Part shown: positions 1 to 9,591 of the stretch, piece after piece
Layout of the letters: the number at the start of each line of letters is the position of its first letter
Numbering within the stretch: the stretch's first letter is position 1
Position numbers and translations under genes: made by a program
Notes under the pieces: model-generated
The model's database searches: none
What the model was told of the DNA's origin: nothing
What the model saw: the letters and a program-made list of their open reading frames with translations, nothing else
Assembly (NCBI GenBank): GCA_001179505.1
Contig: CDMY01000885.1
Location: 1-12,977, forward strand
Direction of reading: 5' to 3'
DNA length: 12,977 nucleotides
From: Vitrella brassicaformis CCMP3155
Taxonomy: Eukaryota > Protista > Chromerida

Positions 1-638
1 GGCAGGTACGTATTCACCGCATGGGCATGAAGACACACACATGTCAAGTCAACGGATGTCTGTTCTGTGTGTACGCCCACTGATGGATTGCAGAGGACGA
101 CGAGCGGCCTGAGGTCGACAATGAGGCGCCGGAGATCGCTGAGGTGGTGGTCCAGCAGCAGGCCCAGCAGCAGCAGGGCGAGCAGCAGCAGGACCAGCAG
201 GACCAAGAGGAGCAGGCGCCAGAGGCCGTTGGATGGGCTCCGGGAGTGGTCATAGCGAGGGTGCGCGCATCATCAGTGTGTCCATACGTACACACACTTA
301 TTGTGGCTTCCTGCTGTGTTGTGTCAGCGCGTCATGAAGAAGACAATTGGCTACAGAGTGGTGGTTCGTGAGCGACACACATGAGTGGATGGATGGACTG
401 ATCTGTGTCCGCATCTCGCGCTTTCTGTTTGTCTCTGTGTGCCTGGTGTGTCAGGCGGTCGTGCCCTCGCCCAGTCGCCCGCCCACCATCCTGAGACACA
501 GCTGGCTGACGCAGCCGGTGGGTGAATGGATGGCCGTCAGGGAGGAGGTCTTCATGAGGGATCTCCCTGGTCCGTTGTGTGTTGTCAGTCGCTGCCGCTG
601 CCCACCTTGACGCCGCCGGTCGCTCACCACCGCCGTGA
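1..638 (+). CDS. 3' end of multi-exon gene, Q/E-rich low-complexity protein family (copy A); 5' part lies outside the window
   Basis: Manual splicing at GT-AG sites gives exons <=5, 94-260, 328-367, 455-517 and 589-638 in consistent phase: (E)DDERPEVDNEAPEIAEVVVQQQAQQQQGEQQQDQQDQEEQAPEAVGWAPGVVIAR|RVMKKTIGYRVVV|RGRALAQSPAHHPETQLADAA|VAAAAHLDAAGRSPPP*, TGA at 636-638. The 40-nt exon and the stop context (cgccg-TRA-gatgc) match copy B. The donor GGCAG|GTACG at 1-10 matches 12468-12477 in copy C. Confidence 0.7.
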
Positions 639-860
639 GATGCACTCACCGTAGACATATACACATACGAGTGCGGCGAATAAGGCGGACAGACACTTAA
701 TTGTGTGTTGACTGACCTTTGCTGTTGACCGACCGTGTGCAGGGACAAGCGTCAAGGCCGCCTGCTGCCGCTGATCACTCGCTCACTCCACCGATCCCGC
801 CCTCACTCACTCACTGCCTGCCTGCCTGCCTGACTCACTGTGTGGTCAGCACCTGCCTGC

Positions 861-899
861 GGTTTCTCGGTGTCTCTCAGTCTGCCGCTCTCTCCCTCC
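861..899. repeat. Short dispersed repeat, copy 1 (partner at 2537-2574)
   Basis: ggtttctcggtgtctctcagtctgccgctctctccctcc versus ggtttctcggtgtctgtcagtctgccggcccctccctcc. Confidence 0.75.
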
Positions 900-999
900 C
901 TGTGACGCGTGTGCGGGTGATGCATGGTGGGTGATGCTTGGTGTGGTTGGGGAAATTGGGTCAAGGCCATGGAGAGGGCGCACACACACACACACACAA

Positions 1000-1070
1000 A
1001 CACACTCACACGCATTGGGCTGGTCGAGTGGATGGGTAAGTGGGTGGATCCAGATTTGGCTCGTGAGATG
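1000..1070. repeat. ~70 bp degenerate repeat, copy 1 (copy 2 at 1580-1652, partial copy 3 at 2104-2147)
   Basis: Shared cacacgcattgggctggtc(g/t)agtggatgggtaagtgg...cagatttggctcgtgagatg, preceded by a (CA)n tract. Confidence 0.85.
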
Positions 1071-1579
1071 CGTGCTCTTGGTGAATGTGGTGCGATTGGA
1101 CGACGACTGGCCGCCTCGATTGACTCCTTCCTCTCGGCTGGCTGGCTGCCTGCCTGCCTCGGTGGCTGGTCGATTGGTTCATCCATCCATCCATCCATTC
1201 ATCCGTTCTTCCCTTCCTTCATCTGTTCATCTTTTGGCCTTTTGTGTCTCTATGACACAAAAGCAATCACACAGGCCAGTCAGGACGAATCAATGAAGGA
1301 CAGGAAGGGTGGTGCGTGCAAAGTGTGGACACCGAAGGGGCCGAGGGGAAAGCAGGGGAGAGTGCGTGTGGTGTGCCGTGTGTGCGGGTATGTGTGTATG
1401 GATCGATGCTGCGTCGAGATTTGGAGCCTATGCCTCACCCACCCACCCACCCACTGCTTCCGAGCTTCCGAGCCCATACCCACCATTTTGCTGCCCGTCT
1501 GTCTCTCTGTCTGTCTGCCTGCCCAACGAACGAACAAAGAGTCTGCCTGCTGCATGCTGATGAGTGGCTGACGTGGGCC

Positions 1580-1652
1580 ACACTCACACACACACACGCA
1601 TTGGGCTGGTCTAGTGGATGGGTAAGTGGATGCAGATTTGGCTCGTGAGATG
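1580..1652. repeat. ~70 bp degenerate repeat, copy 2
   Basis: Near-identical to 1000-1070 with a small deletion. Its tail tcgtgagatgaac..acagacaa recurs at about 2122-2147. Confidence 0.85.
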
Positions 1653-2536
1653 AACACATACAGACAAACGTACGTCTTCTCTTTCCCATGGATGGACAGG
1701 CGAATCGCTGGGGCGAGCATCTGTCTGTGAGTGGTTGATTGCTTTGGCTATGGCGGGGCTGAGTGAGTGCAGTTTTGGCTGACAGGGAGGGAGTAGGTAC
1801 TGTTTCTGCTGCTGCACACAGACAGAGAGCGAAAGGGACGGTCTCTTTTTCCCTGCTGCAACTAACCGACAGGTTCGTGTGGTGTGGGCATGCCCGTCGG
1901 GTGTGGGCGTCCGTCTGGCTGGATTTGCTCGTGCATTTGGACCCGAGTGTGGCATACCTTTGCTAATCGGACTGGTCAATTCGGGCTGGGCGTTAGTAGA
2001 CAGGGAAAGGGGATGTGAGCAAGACAAGCCACGCAAAGAAGTGGGTGGTGAGTGAGTGGGTAGTGAGTGAGTGAGTGGGCATCGATACGTTCGTGAGTGA
2101 TCAATTGGGTGGGTAAGTGCTTCGTGAGATGAACCACAGACAGACAAGCCAAGGGGTCTTGCATGACATCTATGTGGACACGCCTTTGTGTGCGGCGGGG
2201 GCGGGCGTCTATTTTCTGGCTGGACGAGTTGGTCGACTGCTTTGGTTTGAGAGGGAATAGGGAAAGGGCCGCCGGCTCCATGTCTCGATTGGCGTGGACA
2301 TTCATTGGTTGGAGGGGCCTGCAGGTCGATACAAGACAGATTTGGCTGAGGGAGAGGGAAAGGGGAGCTGTCATGTGTGTGGATGGATGAACCAGACATA
2401 GACGGGGGGACAGCACGGCCTCTTTTTGCCGTGCGTGTTCACGTCTCTTCTTGCCGTCCGTTTGTGGTTGGCGGCGGTCACCTCTTGGCGGCTGGATGGG
2501 TCGATAGCCGCGGGCGTGGCGGGTGTCCCACTTGCC

Positions 2537-2574
2537 GGTTTCTCGGTGTCTGTCAGTCTGCCGGCCCCTCCCTC
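2537..2574. repeat. Short dispersed repeat, copy 2 (partner at 861-899)
   Basis: Direct visual alignment with 861-899. Confidence 0.75.
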
Positions 2575-4555
2575 CTTGATTTTTCGCAGTGTGCCGTGGG
2601 GGGCGTGTCGAGTGGACGGATGGGATGGATGGCATGGGAGCCATGCCATGAGGCTTGTGGATGGATGACGATGATCGTACGAGTGTGTTCTCCTGGCTGG
2701 ATGCTAAGACTGTCGGTGCCTGGATGGATGGATGTGTTAGTTGATGTGATCGCTCGGCCTTTTGCTTTGTTTTGTGTGTGCTGTTGATGTGTGATGTCAT
2801 CGATCAATGGAATGGTGAATATATATGGCTGGCTGACTATCGGGGAGAGAGGGGCATAAGTTATCCGTCCACCCACCACACATCATGCAGTCACCACCAC
2901 CCCAGCCACCATCACCCCGTTACTCACTTCCTAATCCCTACTGACTCGTCTCCCCCAATTCGTACGTACGTCCATCGAATGCTATCTATCTCATGGCTGA
3001 CTGGATCGGGTCATGACATCTATATATTCTTGATGGAGGGAGGGAGGGAGGGAGGGATGGGCAGGCAGCATAACGAGGTGGCGTGGCGTGGTGTGGTCTG
3101 TTGGTTGGTCTTTCGTCACTCATGCAACGCACATACATCCACACGACAGACACACGTGTCAGTCAGTCAGGAGTAGTGCACTGCACTCCACTCCATACTG
3201 ACGTACGTACGTATCTATGTGTGCGTAGGTAAGTTCGTGTGTGTACTCCACGGATGGACGCACGTCTCTATCGAAGGAGTGAAGGAGTGAGTGAGGTGTC
3301 CACTCCAGTCCACACCACACCACATCTCGCTCTCTCTACCCCTCTATCTCTACCTATATCTCGGCTGCATGGCCGCAAGATTGCTGTGGGATGGATGCCT
3401 TGATTCTTGATTCTCGTGACTGCCAAACGGACCTTTGGGCTGTCTGTCTCGGCCGCCCCAGCCAGCGCAGACCTGGACACACCACACCACACCGTCACTG
3501 TGTGAGTTGGTTGGCCTGTGTGCGGGGCGGGGGGCGACTGAGATGACTTTTCTTGTTGCACAAGCGTGACTCGCGTGAGAGATTGCTACTCTGGACACAC
3601 ACATACACACACGTACTCAAAGCTTTGAGTGCCTGGACGGATGGCGGGACTGACGGACGGGAGGGGCGATTGGTGTGTTGTCTGTCTGGCTGGTTTGTGC
3701 ACATGCACACATACATACGTGCGTCGCTCGGGTTTTCTCTCTGTCTGTCCCTACTTTTCTACCACCCCCACCCCCATCCATCACACACAGCTATAGATGT
3801 GTCCCACGTGTGGCTGAGGATGGGCCAAAGTTAGGCCGGCTGTCAGTGAGTGCGATCTGGTCACGATTGATGCACACATCCATCATCCATCCACCTATGC
3901 CTGGCGGGAGACAGGACAGGGTGTTGTTGGTCATCTTTTGGGGCCACACAATGGATGCCGTGCAGTCGACGTGCGTGACTGATTGATGGATGAATGGAGT
4001 ATGTATACGTATGCTGGGTGCACAGACAATCACAAGAGAGAGCCTTGCTTGGACCACTCTGATGACGGCTGCTTGGCTGGCTACACATACGCGCGTATGT
4101 GTGGGTGTGGCCTGCGTGTGTGTGCAATGAGGATTCGGGTCCGTGTGGATGGACTGATGTGGACGTCAACTCAAGTGTGGCGTCCTGACATGCCTTTGTT
4201 TGTAATTGCCACACACACACCCACACACAGAGGTCTGGGGCCGCTCATCACTACGGGAGCTAGCTACCGGCAGACAGGATGAGTGTGTGTGTGTTCATGT
4301 GCGGTGTGAGTGGTGGCTCGCCAGCCACTGAGTGACCGAATAGACACGACCTGACCTGCTCTTCACTTCACTTCACGTGCCGCACAGCAATAGATACCAA
4401 ACCGGTAGACAGACTAGCTCTTGCATTCCTGAAAGTGAGTCGCTTGGCTGGGTTATGTGTGTCTGTCCGCCTGCGGGCCTTCCTGCCTCTCTGTCTTGCT
4501 CTCGTTTATGCGTGGCAGGGTGGATGATCACCGCAGTGCCTCGTCCCCATTTTGC

Positions 4556-4574
4556 GTGTGTGTGTGTGTGTGTG
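4556..4574. repeat. (GT)n microsatellite
   Basis: Perfect GT run. Confidence 0.9.
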
Positions 4575-4714
4575 AGGCCGGCTATCTGTCTGACTCGCCG
4601 GCCAGCGACCGCGTGACCTCCTTGACCGACCGGCCGATTGATGCACACCTTAGCTGCAGATATGTATGTATGTGATCCCTCCCATCTTTCCTCTCACTTG
4701 CTGCCTCGCTCAGC

Positions 4715-4735
4715 GACTGACTGACTGACTGACTG
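4715..4735. repeat. (GACT)n microsatellite
   Basis: gactgactgactgactgactg. Confidence 0.9.
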
Positions 4736-5472
4736 CGTGGCTGTGGTGCACCCACGTGATGACCTTTTGAAGACGTGTGTGGCGATGAATGCTGTTGCCC
4801 TCATTGATCGACACACACCCAACACCCACACACACATAACCTGACCGGTTCCACACACACTGATTTGCTGTCATATACCTGTAATGGTGGCCTGTGCACT
4901 CAGTGACCTGACGGCGCGACTGCGTAACCGACTGGCTGGGTGACTGGGTGAATGGGTGGACTGCACGGTGTGCTCATTTGCCTTACCTGATGCACACACA
5001 CCGACACACAGACATCCACGTCATCGGCTGACACGCTGTGTGTGCACCACATACGCCATTTCTAGACTGACTGCCTGGCCCTCGACTGCACTAGTTACAT
5101 GATCAGTGCGAGTAGCTGACCTTCACTGCTGCTGTGTCCTGTATGTTTGCCTGCTGTTGACAACTTAAGTTCTCTACACCATGAACATTTTGCGGACTTG
5201 TCCTCCGATCTGTCCACTGCCGCGTGAGGCGTGTATATGTCGATGCATGAGGGCCTGACGCTCTGCGAAATCCTTTGGAGTCGAACTGATTTATCCGCAT
5301 ATGGATGGCGAACAAAGAAAGACCGCAGACGAGCCACAGGCAAGAGGGCAGCCACGCCTCCCACTTGCAGTACGCTCCTATTTCGGGCCATATCTTGCCC
5401 AGATGGGGCACAAAGCTTTGGATGGCCCTCATCAGTGCCGAAATTGGGGGTAGGGGGGCGAAGGGGAAAGGA

Positions 5473-6234
5473 GGCGAGAATGTAAATTCTCGACGACGGA
5501 GACGCGCGACAGAAATCTTTTACGCCAGCTCCAATTTGCTTCCATTCCAGCCTCGTTGCCCTCTCCCGCTCACCGCTCCCTTCCTTTGTGTTCGGTTTGT
5601 GTCGCCTTCCTCGTTGCACCACCGCATTCGCCCCGCCTCGGCCTCCCATGGCCCTCCCTACCCGCCGTTTCTCTCGTGGCCACTCGTGACTTGTGCCCTC
5701 GTCGAGCGTCTCCCTCCGCCCTCGGCTCGCCAGTGAAGGGCGACAATGCCCCGCTGGTGTCGGCACGCTCGTGCAAGAGGCGCTCTTTTGTTGGTCAGTC
5801 GGCCAACCACCTCTCGGTGACAGGTGAGTGGATAAGTGCGCGAGTTGATGACTGCAAGTGCGCTGACATGTGTACGGGCTGTGTAGGGTGTGAGCAGCCT
5901 GCACGCCCCTGCAAATCGTGTCTCCCCATGGTATCCGACTTGGAATTTTCAACGTTGTCGTCTTTTCTCATCAGATTTCAAGACAGCCCGTCTCTCGCCG
6001 TCGACGCCGACTCGTGGATCGCAGGAGACAATCAGACAGATACCTTCCCTCGGTATGTTGCTCAAGGCCTCCTCCGCCGCCGCCTGAGACGGGAGACGAA
6101 AAGAAAGAGGTTCTTGTCTCGCTTCGTTGTCTTCTTCGTCTTTCTCTTCAGATAGCACCGTCGGCCTACCGGATTCCAGGCTGTTGGTCCCCTTGCCGTG
6201 CTGCTCTTCTCTGCGGTGATGCCGTTCAACTCCG
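5473..6234. repeat. ~0.8 kb tandem duplication, unit 1 (unclassified repeat)
   Basis: Begins ggcgagaatgtaaattctcgacgacggagacgcgcgacagaaatcttttacgccagctcc, identical to the start at 6287 (offset 814). Homology is followable to ...ctgcggtga(t/a)gccgt...ctccg, with one diverged central stretch (about 6000-6085). Confidence 0.95.
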
Positions 6235-6286
6235 TACAGGATATGGAGGTCATGAGGGATGGTCAGATGGGGCAAACTTGAGGGAT

Positions 6287-7065
6287 GGCGAGAATGTAAA
6301 TTCTCGACGACGGAGACGCGCGACAGAAATCTTTTACGCCAGCTCCAATTCGCTTCGATTCCAGCCTCGTTGCCCTCTCCCGCTCACCGCTCCCTTCCTT
6401 TGTGTTCGGTTTGTGTCGCCTCCCTCAGTGCCCCACCGGATTCGCCCCGCCTCGGCCTGCCACGCCCCTCCTTGGCCGTCCGTTCCCTCGTGACCACTCG
6501 CCACTGGCGCCCTCGTCGGCAGCCGTCCTCCTCCCTCGGCTTACCAGCGACGGGTGGCAGTGCCCCGCTGGTGTCGGCACGCTCGTGCGAGAGGCGCTCT
6601 TTCGTTGGTCAGTCGGCCAACCACCTCTCAGTGACAGGTAAGTGGATGAGTGGTCGAGTCGATGAGTGCGAGTGCGCTGACATGTGTATGCGCTGTGTAG
6701 GATGTAAGCCACCTGCACGCCCTTGCAAATGGTGTCTCCCCATGGTATCCGGCATGGAATTTTCAATGTTGTCGTCTTTTTCAGATTTCAAGACATCCCG
6801 CTCCCCGCCGATGTCGAATAAAATGAGGATTGGGAGCAGATGTTTGGTCGTAAAAGACAGTCAGGCAAGCGCTTTGCCTTGGTAGGTTGCCCGCCGCTTC
6901 CTCCCGCCGCTTTTGGAGACGGGAGACGAAAAGAAAGAGGTTCTTGTCTCCGTTCGTTGTCTTCTCTGTCTTTTCCTTCAGACAGCAACGCCGGCCCACA
7001 TGTTTTCACGCTGTTGGACCCCTTGCCGTGCTGGTCTTCCCTGCGGTGAAGCCGTCAACCCTCCG
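6287..7065. repeat. ~0.8 kb tandem duplication, unit 2
   Basis: Collinear with 5473-6234. Shared blocks include gagacgggagacgaaaagaaagaggttcttgtctc (about 6087 and 6917). Confidence 0.95.
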
Positions 7066-7355
7066 AATACTGAGGTCTTATCGCAGAGAGAGAGAGAGGA
7101 AGCGCGGCGTCTAGCGGCGTCCCGTACGGTATCGGCAAAAACGTTCTGTTCTGTCTCTGCTGGCTTGTTGTAGGCTACTCATCTCTCGCGAGACCTCATT
7201 GAAGCCGTCAACCCTCCGAATACTGAGGTCTTATGCATATGAGGTCATATCTGACGGGGAGAGAGAGAGAGAGAGAGAGAGAAGTGTGGCGTCCTGACTT
7301 CCTTATCCGACAAAACCGTTCTATTCTGTCTCTGGCTTCCTGCAGACTTCTCATC
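7047..7355. repeat. Local ~150 bp duplication (7047-7190 and 7200-7355) containing (GA)n tracts
   Basis: Identical 35-mer tgaagccgtcaaccctccgaatactgaggtcttat at 7047 and 7200. Each is followed by (GA)n (perfect run 7259-7282) and cgttct(g/a)ttctgtctctg. Confidence 0.9.
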
Positions 7356-7419
7356 GTCACCACGCGACACGCCCGGTGCATCGCGGAATCAACGAGAAAT
7401 GAGGCGAAACGGGCAATCA

Positions 7420-7520
7420 GGCGAGAAATAATTCTCGACAGACACGCGACAAACCGTTTTGTTTATCTATCTGTTAATCGCTCCAAACCGCTTCCATTTC
7501 AGCTTCACTGCCTCCTCCCT
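7420..7520. repeat. Third, strongly decayed partial copy of the 0.8 kb unit's 5' end
   Basis: ggcgagaaataattctcgacagacacgcgacaaa...gctccaaaccgcttccatttcagc versus ggcgagaatgtaaattctcgacgacggagacgcgcgacagaaa...gctccaatttgcttccattccagc. Confidence 0.75.
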
Positions 7521-7773
7521 TCGCCTCTCTTCATTCCCCTGCAGTAAGTTTACGTGGGGCCTGGTAGTTGGGGCCGTGGGCCTTCCGTTTGGTCACGATT
7601 CCGTGTTGCTTTTCAGACGACGTCGAAGCCCAAAAAGGATTCTCGCCCTCGCCCTCATCCAACATGGACCCCCAGCGCCACTAAGATGGCGACTGAGAGA
7701 GCGACGTTACCCTCGGCACTGCACTTGTCTTTTTTTTGTTGACTTCAGATGCAGCCCAAGCTCGATAGCGGGA

Positions 7774-7845
7774 GCCAGCCAACGGACAGCTCTGTGAGGG
7801 AAGGAAAGGGCCAGCCAACGGACAGCTCTGTGAGGGAAGGAAAGG
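7774..7845 (+). repeat. Perfect 36-bp tandem duplication, inside a possible exon starting at 7749
   Basis: gccagccaacggacagctctgtgagggaaggaaagg twice (7774-7809, 7810-7845). It is frame-preserving and reads (S/G)QPTDSSVREGK twice in ORF 7749-7943. Confidence 0.95.
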
Positions 7846-7910
7846 CAGACGGGGTCCATTCCTTCTTCATCCCTATCCTGTATGTGTGGTCATTCGTGCG
7901 TTGCGTCCAG

Positions 7911-8011
7911 GTGGAGCGTTATGAGGCCTACGCGCCAACATAGTGTTTGATGCGCACGACCGCCCAAAGCTGGTGGACTTCGAACTGGTGCAGTTCTTCA
8001 CCCCACAAAAG
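7911..8011 (+). pseudogene. Isolated, frameshifted protein-kinase exon (catalytic loop VIb to subdomain VII)
   Basis: Bounded by ccag| (7910) and |gtgagt (8012). It reads ...GLRANIVFDAHDRPKLVDFELVQFFTPQK. The Asn-to-Asp spacing of 13 equals the canonical N(VIb)-to-DFG spacing (PKA N171/D184), but DFG is DFE. In-frame TGA at 7922-7924 and a non-3n length (101 nt) disrupt the HRD region. Confidence 0.65.
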
Positions 8012-8298
8012 GTGAGTGGATGGAGTGTCTGTCTGTCCAAATATGCTCTCTCCGAGGAAAGCACCGCACCCACTCATGCACGGAGAGGCTTGAGACCATT
8101 GTCTCTGTGTGCTCTGTCCCGTCAGCGTGAATCCGACCGGAGTGCCATTCTACATGTCACGAGAGGTATTTGGCCCTTTGGCTGCCAAGTCGGTGAGGCG
8201 AACGGTCTGAGGTCAGAGTGTCACACAGCCTGCGGTCGGGGATGCACGACAGCAAACCAGCTTGCACACACATGTGGTTCATCCCTCTTGGTGTGCAG

Positions 8299-9162
8299 AG
8301 CTTATGGCGAGCTGTCAGCGGGGGCTGCGGCCGAGGCGATCCAGGCGTAGCAGGAGGGTACGCACGTACATGCATATGCGGTACACAGACCTGCACTCGT
8401 TTGCATCATGAGCTTTACAGGAGTCGTGTGTTTGAGGACAACCAGAGCGACGCAGAGGAGGCCGATGCCGAGAACGGCCAACTTCGAGGAATCAGAAGAG
8501 GCTTGTCTGTCAGTACCTGTGCCTTTGTGTGTTTGTCTCGCAGGCATCGTTGAGGTATTCATGGATGGAGCAGGTATGCCACACATGCAGTCATGCCTGA
8601 GTGTGTGTGGCGTCTTTCTCTTCTCATCCACACACACACAGCGCTCCCTGTGTGTCGTGTGCTGTTCAAGCAGGTGCAGCACCAGGAAACATTCGAGACC
8701 GATGATGCCAAAAAGGACAGCAACGCGGGAAAGGTGCGATGAGCGAGTAGACTAACACTCACAAATGGAAAAGACGGCGTATACTTGTCGGTGTGTGTGG
8801 TTTGCAGCTGTCGGTCTTCTCCCAGGCCAGTACGGTGCTACCGCCACACGGCTACTTTCGGCACGGGTCAAGCTTCGTGACGCAAGTACATGTGTCATGT
8901 CACCACACCCAACCATGATATGTATGTCGCTCGCCACCCACTGGCTGTGTGTGTGCACTGCAGAAGCAGGGCACTCTGGACAGTATCCCGAGGACTTCCA
9001 CACCACCACCAAAATGACCATGAGCACCAGCCACGTATGTGCAGTGTGCATCAACACACGCACGTAGTGTACCGTCCCTCTCCCTCTCTCGTGTGGATGT
9101 GTTTGCAGGGTCTGCGCGTCCAGACGGTGCCCTTGTTGCCCGGCGGACGCATCGTCAGTGCG
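8299..9162 (+). pseudogene. Series of unidentified exon-like segments between the kinase and CSN3-like fragments
   Basis: AG/GT-bounded segments at about 8299-8357, 8423-8508, 8544-8573, 8964-9034 and 9109-9162, plus two more near 8673-8733 and 8808-8886 (e.g. SRVFEDNQSDAEEADAENGQ, VQHQETFETDDAKKDSNAGK, GLRVQTVPLLPGGRIVSA). No single stop-free splice path was found: the phase-0 path hits TGA at 9015-9017 and needs a 35-nt intron. Confidence 0.35.
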
Positions 9163-9252
9163 GTGAGCGCACCCACACGGGCATACAACTAAAATGAAAA
9201 TGAATAAATAAATGGACGGATGGATGTGTGTTGTCGCTGCTGTTGCCTGCAG

Positions 9253-9495
9253 GTGTGTCTGAAGGCGAAGCACTACACCTATGCGCTGCCAGTCCTCGAC
9301 AAGCCAATACTCGACGTCATGCCCGGGGTATGAAGCTAATGTGCAGACAAATGCGGGCCTCCACATCAATGTGTGTCTTTGTCTGCGTATCGTATGGCAG
9401 ACACCAATCGAGAGCTTGCTAGTGTACCTGTACGAGGGCGGCCGCATCTACACATTCCTCGAGCGGTTGCGGATGAGAGTCTCATCAAACACGAC
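9253..9495 (+). pseudogene. CSN3: COP9 signalosome subunit 3-like (PCI superfamily) fragment with a frameshift
   Basis: Exons 9253-9327 and 9401-9495 (intron 9328-9400, GT-AG) give VCLKAKHYTYALPVLDKPILDVMPG|TPIESLLVYLYEGGRIYTFLER. This matches my recollection of CSN3/COPS3 (LCLLAKCFKPALPYLD...[21 protein letters not shown]). An apparent 1-nt deletion near 9467 shifts the frame to ADESLIKHD. No downstream PCI-domain exons follow. Confidence 0.7.
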
Positions 9496-9591
9496 GTACA
9501 AACACAGCACAGCACAGCAGACATAACTAACAGCACAGCACACCCAAGCCAACCACACACATGGCTGGCTATATGATAAATATGGATGCAG

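Noticed and set aside
924-2800. Long ORFs of 215, 262 and 274 aa
   Set aside because: They are translations of microsatellite-rich DNA (HTHT, SIHP, CVCV) with no splice-consistent or homology support.
3433-3839. Minus-strand exon chain (3839-3808, 3632-3617, 3590-3539, 3472-3433) giving an open frame
   Set aside because: It needs a 26-nt intron, far below the 60-110 nt seen in supported models, and the peptide is unrecognisable. GT/AG pairs arise by chance in (GT)n-rich DNA.
5055-5130. CTAG motifs with a weak hairpin as a possible Helitron 3' end
   Set aside because: The stems are only 4-5 bp, and no matching 5' end or Rep/helicase coding sequence is present.
5095-6885. Long ORFs (285, 199, 191 and 208 aa) in the repeat block as transposase or reverse transcriptase
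   Set aside because: No DDE, YxDD, HUH or zinc-knuckle motifs. The frames are not conserved between the two units and the composition is R/P/S-rich shadow type.
7774-7845. 36-bp direct repeats as a CRISPR array
   Set aside because: There are only two abutting copies with no spacer, in a eukaryotic context with no cas genes.
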